Below are positions 17,579 through 25,888 of a stretch of 32,000 nt of DNA, piece by piece (the stretch's first letter is position 1; each line of letters starts with the position of its first letter). The stretch comes from Candidatus Jordarchaeales archaeon. Its GTDB lineage: Archaea > Asgardarchaeota > Jordiarchaeia > Jordiarchaeales > Freyrarchaeaceae. The DNA lies in NCBI GenBank assembly GCA_038889235.1, contig JAWAHN010000002.1:403300-435299 (forward strand). Reading direction: 5' to 3'. A program made the translations under genes and the position numbers. The notes under the pieces were generated by a model. The model had not been told where the DNA came from and made no database searches. It saw only the letters and a program-made list of their open reading frames with translations.

Positions 17579-19021
17579 ATGTTGGACCAAAATGAGATAT
17601 ACCGTTTTCTCGTGAGCGTCGTCGGCGAGGATGATGTGAGCATCGATATCGCTGACCTCTTCGCCTATAGCATGGATGCCTCGTTGAGGATGAGCATGCC
17701 AGCCGCCGTAGCGAGGCCAGAGAACAGGGAGGAGGTCGCTGAGATACTCAAATGGGCTGACGAAAATAGGGTTCCGATAGTTCCCAGAGGAGCTGGGACA
17801 AGCCTAAGCGGGCAAGCTGTCCCTGTGAAGGGAGGCGTCATTCTCGACATGTGCAAGATGGACCGTATAAAGGAGGTCAACCTTGAGGACAGGGTGGCTG
17901 TAGTTGAGCCGGGCGTGATATACGACGAGCTCAACAAGGTGCTAGGTAAGCTTGGGTACGTTTTCCCGCCAGACCCTGGATCAGCTATAGCTTGCACTGT
18001 CGGTGGCATGGTCGCCAACAACGCCAGCGGCATCAGAGCACTAAAGTACGGGGCGACAGTGGACCACGTGCTTGGACTCGAGGTGGTCCTTCCCGGGGGA
18101 AAGATAATTAGGACTGGAGGAAGGGTTTGGAAGTCTTCTTCCGGTCTCAACTTGACCAAGCTGTTCGTTGGCTCTGAAGGGACGCTGGGCGTCTTCACCG
18201 AGATAATACTTAAGATAACTCCCAAGCCCCGCTACTATGGGCTGACCATCCCAGTCTTCCAGAAGCTGGAACAAGCCCTAGAGGCTACTGTCGAGATAAT
18301 GAAGAGGGGCATCCTCCCATCGGCGATGGAGCTGCTCGACGACATCTGTATAATGCTCATAAACAATGTGCTTGAAGACAAGCTGCCGATGGGAGAAGCT
18401 TTGTTATTCATAGAAAACGACGGCTACAGTGAGAATACTGTTGAGGAAGAGAGCAAGATGGTTAAAGAGATATGTGAGGAGAAGGGCGCCCAGAAGATAA
18501 TATACACGACAGATAACAAGAGGATAGAAGAGTTGATGAGGCTGCGCCACACGCTGGCCAACATATTGTCAAAGCTCAGGGGGGAAAATGTCCCCTTAAA
18601 CAACATACAGGACTTCGCTGTCCCAATAGGAAAGATACCGGAAGCCGTCCGCGAGCTAAAAGAAATGGCGCGGAGCCAAGGGAGACTGATGGTAATGTTC
18701 GGACACATAGGTGACGGCAACATACACCTCGGAACAGCAATCAACCCTTGGAAGGAGGAAGATAGGAGGGCTGGCGCCGAGTTCGCCAGGATGCTTGCAG
18801 AGATAGTCGTCAAGAAGTACGGTGGGACCCTGTCAGCCGAGCACGGTCTCGGCGTCACTAAGGCGAGCCTGGTAGAGCTGGAACACGGCGACACACTAGA
18901 GTACATGAGGGCTATAAAGAGGATCTTCGACCCGCACGGGATAATGAACCCCGGTGTTATGGGGCTTCTCGAAGTTCCAAAAGACGAGTTCGTTTACATG
19001 CCAGCAAAGGTGGTGGTCTAA
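17579..19021 (+). CDS. glcD: FAD-linked 2-hydroxyacid dehydrogenase (GlcD / D-lactate dehydrogenase family)
   Basis: PRGAGTSLSG, PPDPGS, GSEGTLG, and the metal-binding GHIGDGNIH and EHGLG motifs. Confidence 0.9.
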   Translation: MLDQNEIYRFLVSVVGEDDVSIDIADLFAYSMDASLRMSMPAAVARPENREEVAEILKWADENRVPIVPRGAGTSLSGQAVPVKGGVILDMCKMDRIKEVNLEDRVAVVEPGVIYDELNKVLGKLGYVFPPDPGSAIACTVGGMVANNASGIRALKYGATVDHVLGLEVVLPGGKIIRTGGRVWKSSSGLNLTKLFVGSEGTLGVFTEIILKITPKPRYYGLTIPVFQKLEQALEATVEIMKRGILPSAMELLDDICIMLINNVLEDKLPMGEALLFIENDGYSENTVEEESKMVKEICEEKGAQKIIYTTDNKRIEELMRLRHTLANILSKLRGENVPLNNIQDFAVPIGKIPEAVRELKEMARSQGRLMVMFGHIGDGNIHLGTAINPWKEEDRRAGAEFARMLAEIVVKKYGGTLSAEHGLGVTKASLVELEHGDTLEYMRAIKRIFDPHGIMNPGVMGLLEVPKDEFVYMPAKVVV

Positions 19022-20137
19022 GTGGAGGAGCTTAATAAGTTTAGAACGCAGATTGCTATGTGCAACGTGTGCGCCTGGTGTAGAACAAAGTGCCCGGTTT
19101 ACAGCACCACAAAGTGGGAGTCTGAGGGTCCCAGGGGCAGGATGGTTCTGCTCAGAGGAGTTGTCTACGGCCTGCTCGAGCCGACACCAAGTGTCGTCGA
19201 AAAAATATACGAGTGTACTTCGTGCGCCATGTGCAACCTGAACTGCGACGCACAAATATCCCCCCTGGAAGTAATACTCGGCGCCCGGAGGGCCTTCTCT
19301 AGCGCCGGCATAGCTCCTCCTCCACCAAACAAGAAGATAGACGCGAGGGTTTTAAGAGACAAGAACCCCTACGCTGCTCCTCAGGAAGAGAGATTCCAGT
19401 GGCTAGACGTGTCTTTGCCCGAAAAAAGCGAGAATGTGTTGTTCATCGGGTGCGTCAACGCTTACAGGCAGACTGAAACAGCCAAGAACGTTGTCTCGAT
19501 ACTCACAGCCGCGGAGTACGATTTCACTGTGCTAAAGGGTGAAGTGTGCTGTGGGATGCACCCGTACTGGGATGGTCAAACCGAGCTGGCGAAGCAGCTA
19601 GCAGAGCAGAACACGTCGCTCTTCGACAAGGCGGGGGCTTCGACGCTGATCACCCCGTGCGCAGGGTGCTACTCAACCTTCCTCAAAGCTTACCCGCAGC
19701 TCGTCGAGAACTTCGGCTTCAAGGTCAAGCATGTCTCAGAGGTTATAAGAGACCTCGTGAAGGAAAGTGCCATCAAGTTAAAAGACGGAGCCGTCAAAGT
19801 CACGTATCACGACCCATGCCACCTTGGAAGGCACTGCAACTTTTATGACCCGCCTAGGGAGCTCATAAAGCTCATTCCGGGTGTCAAGCTCGTAGAAATG
19901 GAGAACATGATGGCTGAGGCAAACTGTTGCGGTGGAGGCGGCGGACTATTCACCTTGAAGCCGGAGTTGTCAGTTCGCATCGCCGAGAGACGGGTTAGGG
20001 AGGCTGAGGCAACGGGCGCGAAGTACCTTGTTACGACGTGCCCGCTGTGCAGAACAAACCTCGACCTGGCTTCTAAGAGGCTTGAATCACACGTGAAGGT
20101 GTGCGACCTAGTAGACTTGGTGGCCAGTCGCCTCTAA
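19022..20137 (+). CDS. Fe-S oxidoreductase, GlcF/HdrD-like (2x[4Fe-4S] plus two CCG domains)
   Basis: CNVCAWCRTKCP, CTSCAMC, FIGC..CCG..PCAGC and YHDPCH..CCGGGG..TCPLC; starts immediately after the glcD stop. Confidence 0.9.
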   Translation: MEELNKFRTQIAMCNVCAWCRTKCPVYSTTKWESEGPRGRMVLLRGVVYGLLEPTPSVVEKIYECTSCAMCNLNCDAQISPLEVILGARRAFSSAGIAPPPPNKKIDARVLRDKNPYAAPQEERFQWLDVSLPEKSENVLFIGCVNAYRQTETAKNVVSILTAAEYDFTVLKGEVCCGMHPYWDGQTELAKQLAEQNTSLFDKAGASTLITPCAGCYSTFLKAYPQLVENFGFKVKHVSEVIRDLVKESAIKLKDGAVKVTYHDPCHLGRHCNFYDPPRELIKLIPGVKLVEMENMMAEANCCGGGGGLFTLKPELSVRIAERRVREAEATGAKYLVTTCPLCRTNLDLASKRLESHVKVCDLVDLVASRL

Positions 20138-20156
20138 GCGGGGAGGCTGCAGCACT

Positions 20157-20825
20157 GTGTGCACGGTCAAGGCGGTAGTGTTTGACCTCGACGGAACCCT
20201 AATAAAAATTCCCTCAACAAATTTTTTCGACAAACTTTTGGTTAAAACCCTAAGCAAGCTGAACGTCCCAGTCCCCCCAGCAGGTGAAAGAGCAAAACTG
20301 TGGGTTAGCGGGCAGGGACACGAGGAACTCCTGAGGAGCTGGGGGGTGAGTGACCCGTACGTTTTCTGGAGGACGTTTGACGAACTAGACTACGAGACCA
20401 GAAGGGAACTAATAAGGCGCGGCGTCATACGCCCATATGAGGATGTTTCGTTTCTCGAGGATCTTAGCCTCAGGGTTCCTCTGGGCTTGGTCACTAATAC
20501 TTCCCCCAGAGTTACTTTTCTTGAAGTGGAAGAGTTCGGTCTCAGAAAGTTCTTTAAAGTCATAGTGGCTCTCGGAACGGAGAGGCAGAGCGAGGCGAAG
20601 CCTGAAACAGCAGGAGTGCTTGAAGCGTTCAGAGTGCTCGGGTGCCATCCTTCAGAGAGCATCATGGTGGGAGACAGTGACGCAGACGTGCTTGCCGGGA
20701 GAAAGGTTGGGTCAAAGGCCGTCGTGGTTAAACGCCCGCACGTAAGGTTGAAAACTGAGCCGGACGCATACATTGAAAGCCTATACGAGCTCAAGCAATT
20801 AGTCCACCAAACAAGAGATGTATGA
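20157..20825 (+). CDS. HAD-superfamily hydrolase (phosphoglycolate phosphatase-like)
   Basis: Motif I FDLDGT, motif II VTN, motif III KP and motif IV GDSDAD; 19 nt after the GlcF-like gene. Confidence 0.88.
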   Translation: MCTVKAVVFDLDGTLIKIPSTNFFDKLLVKTLSKLNVPVPPAGERAKLWVSGQGHEELLRSWGVSDPYVFWRTFDELDYETRRELIRRGVIRPYEDVSFLEDLSLRVPLGLVTNTSPRVTFLEVEEFGLRKFFKVIVALGTERQSEAKPETAGVLEAFRVLGCHPSESIMVGDSDADVLAGRKVGSKAVVVKRPHVRLKTEPDAYIESLYELKQLVHQTRDV

Positions 20826-21069
20826 AGACCAATAATCAACACCATAATTAACAATAGCAACCAAAAAAAGGAGAAAGCAAAGGTAAACAGGAACGAACCA
20901 TTAGAAAAACAAGATATACCTTTCTCAGCGACCATCGAAACATCACCCCCCATTACAAATCAAACACGAGGGACAACGTTTCATCATCTACAACATAAAT
21001 TTTCAAACATACTCAAAATATTCACGAAAAATTCATGAAAACAAGTAAAGGGAGGCATGTGAAAGGGGC

Positions 21070-21777
21070 TTACACTGTGTATAGTTCTACCCCATGTGTT
21101 ATGCAGGCCGTTTTTGCCTTATCGTCAGCATAAGGGGAGACTATTATCAATCGGTCGACTTTCCTACCCTCGACTTTACTGTAAAATTCGGCTTTCCTCT
21201 TCACAAGAAAAACATCCGAAATTTTAGCATGCGATGTGACCTCAACAAGTATAACTTTTCCATCCGAAATCGCCAGGTCTATTTCAACTTGCTCCTTATA
21301 ACCGAAAACGTATCCTTCATGGTCAGTGCGAATCCACCTCTCCACCTTGAAGCCGAACTCCTTCTCCAGTATCCCTCTCAAGCTCTCCCTGAAGCACTCT
21401 TCAGCCATAATCCCCCATCTCGCACCCAAAGCATCCAACTTCCTATTTATAACACTAAAGTCCTCCCTGAGACTCCTGACCTCCTCCCACAGCTTGTTCT
21501 GCCCTTCCCTGAGACTCCTGACCTCCTCCCACAGCTTGTTCTGCCCTTCCCTGAGACTCCTGACCTCCTCCCACAGCTTGTTCTGCCCTTCCCTGAGACT
21601 CCTGACCTCCTCCCACAGCTTGTTCATGTTCTCCCATAGCTTGATCTGGTTTTCCTCGAGTTTGTCCATTCTTTTGAGTATTTCTGCTAGTCCCAAGTAG
21701 CCTGCGACAGCATACCTGAACTCCTTGTCCCTCTCAAGAAGCTCCATGAACCTCTCCTTTAACTCGACGTCCATCAC
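21070..21777 (-). CDS. Coiled-coil plus PD-(D/E)XK nuclease-like protein (DUF3782-like archaeal family)
   Basis: N-terminal 'ELLERDKEFRYAVAGYLG', heptad repeats, 'ALGARWG' and C-terminal EIDLAI...VEVTS...RLIIVSP. Confidence 0.8.
   Translation of the reverse strand: MMDVELKERFMELLERDKEFRYAVAGYLGLAEILKRMDKLEENQIKLWENMNKLWEEVRSLREGQNKLWEEVRSLREGQNKLWEEVRSLREGQNKLWEEVRSLREDFSVINRKLDALGARWGIMAEECFRESLRGILEKEFGFKVERWIRTDHEGYVFGYKEQVEIDLAISDGKVILVEVTSHAKISDVFLVKRKAEFYSKVEGRKVDRLIIVSPYADDKAKTACITHGVELYTV
21464..21625. repeat. Perfect 42-bp tandem repeat, about 3.9 copies (14-aa unit QNKLWEEVRSLREG)
   Basis: The unit TCCCTGAGACTCCTGACCTCCTCCCACAGCTTGTTCTGCCCT starts at 21464, 21506, 21548 and 21590 (last copy 36 nt). 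Confidence 0.97.
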
Positions 21778-22014
21778 GCTCCCTCACTATACAAAGTGTT
21801 AAGTTGCTTATTTAAACGTGCCCTAAAGGAGATCGTTGGCGACGCTTCATAACCCCCAATGACATCACCTGCTTAATCCTCAACGAAAAAGCAATCAACG
21901 CCCATTTCTACTTTTCCATGTCCCGATTTCATTAGAAAAAGTAAATGATAATTTAATCCACTTATAGATGAGCGCCTGCATTGTTTTAAAAGGGGGTTCG
22001 CTGAGGGAGGGGGG

Positions 22015-22650
22015 TTATGTAGGATACAGTTCTTTGAGGTCGAGGAAGATCAGCGACAACATTATGAACGCTACGAAGAGTAATACGTAAGCAAAGTAGT
22101 ATATAAAAAAGAAGAGAATTGTATTCATTAACCAAGGTAATGGTTGCAATAGTAAATATGGTAATAATAATGAGAAAGAGGCGATGATGCTGAGGATCCC
22201 TGCGATTAGGGGTGCTGAGCTTCGTGTGGTGTAACTACGCATAGTTATGCTGGCAATTCCAAATCCTATGAGTGAAAAGCAGGGAATATTTAATATCAAG
22301 AGGTAGTAGGGGAAGCCAAATATGGCTTCTTGATGCCACGAGTATAAGTTAAAGGCATAAAGCTGACGGAAAAAGTAAACAAGGGTGAGGACGGCCACGA
22401 TTGAGCCTGTAAGTCCAACTATGAAGGCGGCCAAGTAAACGTTGCGCTTAATGATTTTGTAAACGCCGTAAAAACCTATACTGATTAGAGTAAAGCTTGC
22501 AGACGCTAAAGCCAGCTCGCCAAACAACGACGGGCCAGTAGATCCAAAGGGGACTGGCAGCGTTAAGCCGAAGCCACTAAGACGGATAAGGCTTGCCAAG
22601 GCTCCTATTAGGCCACCTAAAAAGCCTGCCATCAACTTCCAGTCAGACAA
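22015..22650 (-). CDS. Multipass membrane protein, paralogous to the C-terminal domain of 26673..27620
   Basis: About six hydrophobic helices. LISIGFYG resembles LICVGFHG, and MRSYTTRSSAPLIAGILSIIAS resembles TREWTTRPFMAGAVGVLSIISG. Confidence 0.7.
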   Translation of the reverse strand: MSDWKLMAGFLGGLIGALASLIRLSGFGLTLPVPFGSTGPSLFGELALASASFTLISIGFYGVYKIIKRNVYLAAFIVGLTGSIVAVLTLVYFFRQLYAFNLYSWHQEAIFGFPYYLLILNIPCFSLIGFGIASITMRSYTTRSSAPLIAGILSIIASFSLLLPYLLLQPLPWLMNTILFFFIYYFAYVLLFVAFIMLSLIFLDLKELYPT

Positions 22651-22863
22651 CGCACAACCCCCACAACACCACAGTTTTTAAGGAGAAAAACACCTCACTC
22701 TCCCTTTTTCACACCCTCCAGTTCCTCATCTGGTATCCTTAAGACCTTACATAATATTTCCTTTTAAGGCAACTTATTATTTGGTAAGACTTATGCTGTT
22801 TTTGAAGCGTTTAACCTAAAACCGTTGAAAGTGAAGTGGTCAGACCACCCGATCGCCTTGCCT

Positions 22864-23023
22864 CTACGAGAATATCCTCTTTGACGAAATGAAGAGTACG
22901 GTCAGATAATGGGTGCTGTCAGCATTAAAACGAAGCCAACGAACAACACAAGATACCAAGCGTAGCCAGTAAAGAATATCCCACTCAAGACGCACAGTAT
23001 AAGGGCGAGGAAGGGTCTCGCTT
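22864..23023 (-). pseudogene. Frameshifted remnant of the C-terminus of the same membrane-domain family
   Basis: Translates as ...LSGIFFTGYAWYLVLFVGFVLMLTAPII/W-TVLFISSKRIFS* (1-nt deletion near 22903), matching ISGVVFLFSYIWHLVLFISFALMLTASILWIISFLSSKKAYS* at the end of 26673..27620. Confidence 0.75.
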
Positions 23024-23294
23024 GTTGAAGCTACCCTCCTACTATTATATTTGCAACCTCACTTTGAGTCATTAATATGGACATTTTAAGAGAAAAGATA
23101 AAATCGTAGGAAGCAGAGAATCGAGCAACTATTTTACGTTGAGATTAAATGGTTAGCTTAAACCTGAAATGTCATTTGCTTGAAAATGCCTCTCTTACCT
23201 TGTTTGATTTTATAGACAAGGGTGTTCTTTAAGGATGCAATTATAAAAGCGCCGTAAGTCCTATTACACAAAAAAGAGAGTTAAACCGAGAAGT

Positions 23295-23832
23295 TTATTG
23301 TTGTGAGTGAAAATTAATAATAGAAATAGAAGGTGGAGAAAGGCGTTTTTCTGCCAGCACAGTAAATGAGACGGTCGCCATGGACATGTTACCCGCTTTG
23401 TCGTAAGCTATCACGGTTATAGTGTGAGTTCCATCGCTGGGCGATGGAAAAGTATAATTTGTTGATGTTCCAACGTCAATCCCCACGTCGTTGTCTATTC
23501 TTCAATAGTTTATTCCGCTAACAGGGTCGTCACCACTCCAATACACAGTAACTGATGATGCATTTAGAAGCGAGCCTGCTTTTGGCGAAGTAATAGTTAG
23601 CGTCGGGGTAGTGTCAATATGGAATGGCCCTATGTGGTAAGCCGTGTCTGCCCAATTTCCTGCCTGATCACATGTCCTTCTATTGAGGTACCAGCACCAT
23701 CAGGTAGTGGGGGCTGGTTAGGCTGGTATTTGCAACGTCTACTGTCGTGTCTGGTATTGTCGGGGGCATTACTCCACAGTATGGAGAAACCATAGACTCC
23801 GCTATGCAAGTCTGAGGCATTGTACCAGCGCA
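23295..23832 (-). pseudogene. 3' part of an Ig-like-repeat surface protein gene, interrupted by IS607 (frameshifts plus in-frame TGA)
   Basis: VRWYNASDLHSGVYGFSILWSNAPD...PD; then after frameshifts DQAGNW..HIGPFHIDTTPTLTITSP...SG INY*RID...DGTHTITVIAYDKAGN. TGA at 23502-23504. Confidence 0.8.
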
Positions 23833-23849
23833 CCGTTGTCGGATAGTTA

Positions 23850-25002
23850 ACTTTTTTTATAACTATCCATTCCACCTCTTTAAGTTCATTGGTGGCTTTC
23901 GCCGCCAACGGTAAAGGACGGCACATCGGGAGCTTCATAGCTATGTTCCAAGCGGCGACAAGGTGTCTATCTGACTGGAACCCGCACCGCCTACATTTGA
24001 AGACATGCCCATTCGGCTTACTAATTTCGCCACATATCGGGCATGTTCTGGAGGTGTTCTTAGCGTCAACGGTTTCCGGCTTAAAGCCATGCTCCATCGA
24101 CTTATAAGAAATGTAAAGCTGGATTTTTCTAAATGGGATGCTGTGGAGCCTTCTATTCATCACCCTACCATACCGTATCCTCTCCCTGATATGGGTGAGC
24201 TCCTCCATTACAGGTCTAGCGTTTTCCTCGGCAACCACACCAGCTACAATCTTCGCCGCCCTATGAAGTATGTCGTTTACTCTCCGCTCCTCCCTCCCAG
24301 AATACTTCGCCAGCAGCCTAGCTCTTGTTCCCCCAAGGTCTTGCTCTGAATGCTCCTCCTCTTCCTGAAGTACCTGCCTCTAATGTGTTTCGCCTCACTT
24401 ATATCTATCTTGATGAACCTAACCTTACCCGGCTTCACAACAGCCAAATCTACACCACCCTCGTTAACATCGATACCCAGTATGCCTTCAGCCTCTCTCT
24501 CCTCAACAGTCCTCCTAAAAGTAACATGAAGATAGTATTCATTATTGGACCTCACAAGCCTCGAACCTTTAACCTGCCAACCCATGAACTTCCTTGAATG
24601 CTCATGAACCCTGAACGGAATCGTAATGTGTCCTTTGTGCGTAGCCAGCCTTAGACTCCCCCAACTGAACCAGAACAGGTGGGCATCGTCCAAGAGGATG
24701 CTTATCTTTTCAACTCTTGGAGGACCAGTTTTCTTTCTCCTCTTCCTAGAGAGCCTCCTGTAGGATTTGAATATGCTTAGAGCCTGTGTTATAGCCGTAT
24801 AAATGTAATGGGATGGGTGGTTCGGATACTTCGTCCTCAGCTCCTTATAAATTGCTTCATGAAGCCTCCTACGTGAGGTTACATTTAAACGTATAGCCCT
24901 ATCCAAACATGCTTTAACCATCTCTGAGTAAGTCTTGAAGAGATCCTCGAGAATTGCCGCTTGTTCATCGTTGGGCTGGAGCTTAAAACTTGCAGGTTTC
25001 AT
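23850..25002 (-). pseudogene. tnpB: TnpB (RNA-guided RuvC nuclease family), frameshifted near 24330
   Basis: RuvC-I GIDVN, RuvC-II VMEEL, Zn finger CPICG...CRRCG and RuvC-III region DRHLVAAWNI. One extra G in the G5 run at 24330-24334 joins ORFs 24277..25002 and 23630..24238. Confidence 0.9.
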
Positions 25003-25617
25003 TCAGCAATAAGCTGTTTGACACCCTCAACAACCTTCTCGTACTTGTGGCTTCTCAATCCGTATAGCTTTTCAGCAAAGCTTGAAACCAAAGTGATGAG
25101 GTCCTCTATCTTGGTAGGCATCTTTAGGCGCCTCACCGTTAACGACTTCGATTTTTACGTTGTGAGAGGCGAAGTAGCGCTCTAGGTATTTGAAGCCGAA
25201 CCTCGTAAGCCTATCCTTGAAAGCTATTATGACGGCTCCTACCCCCCTTTCTCAACTATATCAAAGATCTTGTTCAGCGACTTTCTGTTCTCGTTGAGTC
25301 CGCTTGCCACATCCTTCTAAGATCGCGACAACCTCATACCCCTTCGATTTGGCGTAACTCAGTAAACTTTGCTTCTGCCCCTCTAAATCCCCTTTCTGGT
25401 CATGAGGGGAAACTCTGGTATAAATCACGGCTTTTTTGGGCATGTCTGTTTTAGCGATGCCCATCAAACGCTCAACTTCACTCTCAGGTATTCTCCTACC
25501 ACCAACAGTCCTAACAACTCTAATCTTCCCCTGCCTATCCCATTTTCTAAGCGTATTTGGATGAATGCCTAATCTCTCGCAGGCTTCGCTAAGCGTCAAC
25601 AACCTCTCAATCATCAT
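24999..25617 (-). pseudogene. tnpA: IS607 TnpA (MerR-type HTH plus serine recombinase), three frameshifts
   Basis: LTLSEACERLGIHPNTLRKWD HTH and YTRVS catalytic Ser. Later frames give DVASGLNENRKSL, KDRLTRFGF and EDLITLVSSFAEKLYGLRS. Confidence 0.9.
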
Positions 25618-25675
25618 ACAAAAATGTTAAGAAAAGTTATATAAAGAGAGTTATCTATTCAGGAACTGCTGCAAA

Positions 25676-25790
25676 CCCAAACTGTATTATCGTTAGACCA
25701 AGCATTGAGAGCATAGTCTGAAGAGTAATATGATGGGTTTCTGGGCTGGGATAGCTTGTTATGAACTGTGACCTTTGAGCACGTTTTTCG
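25676..25790 (-). pseudogene. 5' remnant of the Ig-like-repeat surface protein gene, left of the IS
   Basis: KVTVHNKLSQPRNPSYYSSDYALNAWSNDNTVW, which continues in frame as VRWYNASD after the IS is removed. Confidence 0.7.
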
Positions 25791-25888
25791 GTTGGAAGAG
25801 GCGTTCACGTTGCCCTAAACGAATTTTTTTATGATGTTGAGTTGTTCTTAGTATAGAATTCTGTTGTGTTTGTGGGGGTGTTGGCGAG

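Larger units (their letters stand above)
23833..25675 (-). mobile_element. IS607-family insertion sequence (tnpA serine recombinase plus tnpB), about 1.84 kb, degraded
   Basis: tnpA-tnpB overlap (ATGA). Both junctions carry GG(T), and excision at the GG core restores the host frame. ATAACT-like repeats occur at both ends, with a hairpin at 23841-23868. Confidence 0.88.

Noticed and set aside
20390-20953. Minus-strand ORF with a hydrophobic N-terminus
   Set aside because: Over 430 nt lie antisense to the HAD gene, and the hydrophobic stretch derives from an A-rich spacer.
21464-21625. Repeat array as possible CRISPR
   Set aside because: Head-to-tail tandem copies with no spacers, in frame inside a coding sequence; no cas genes.
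23502-23504. In-frame TGA in the Ig-like gene as possible selenocysteine
   Set aside because: Not a redox or Cys position, the gene has other frameshifts, and no SECIS-like hairpin was seen; more likely a nonsense mutation.
23833-25675. IStron (group I intron plus IS607)
   Set aside because: Only about 58 nt lie between the left end and the tnpA start, too short for a group I ribozyme core.
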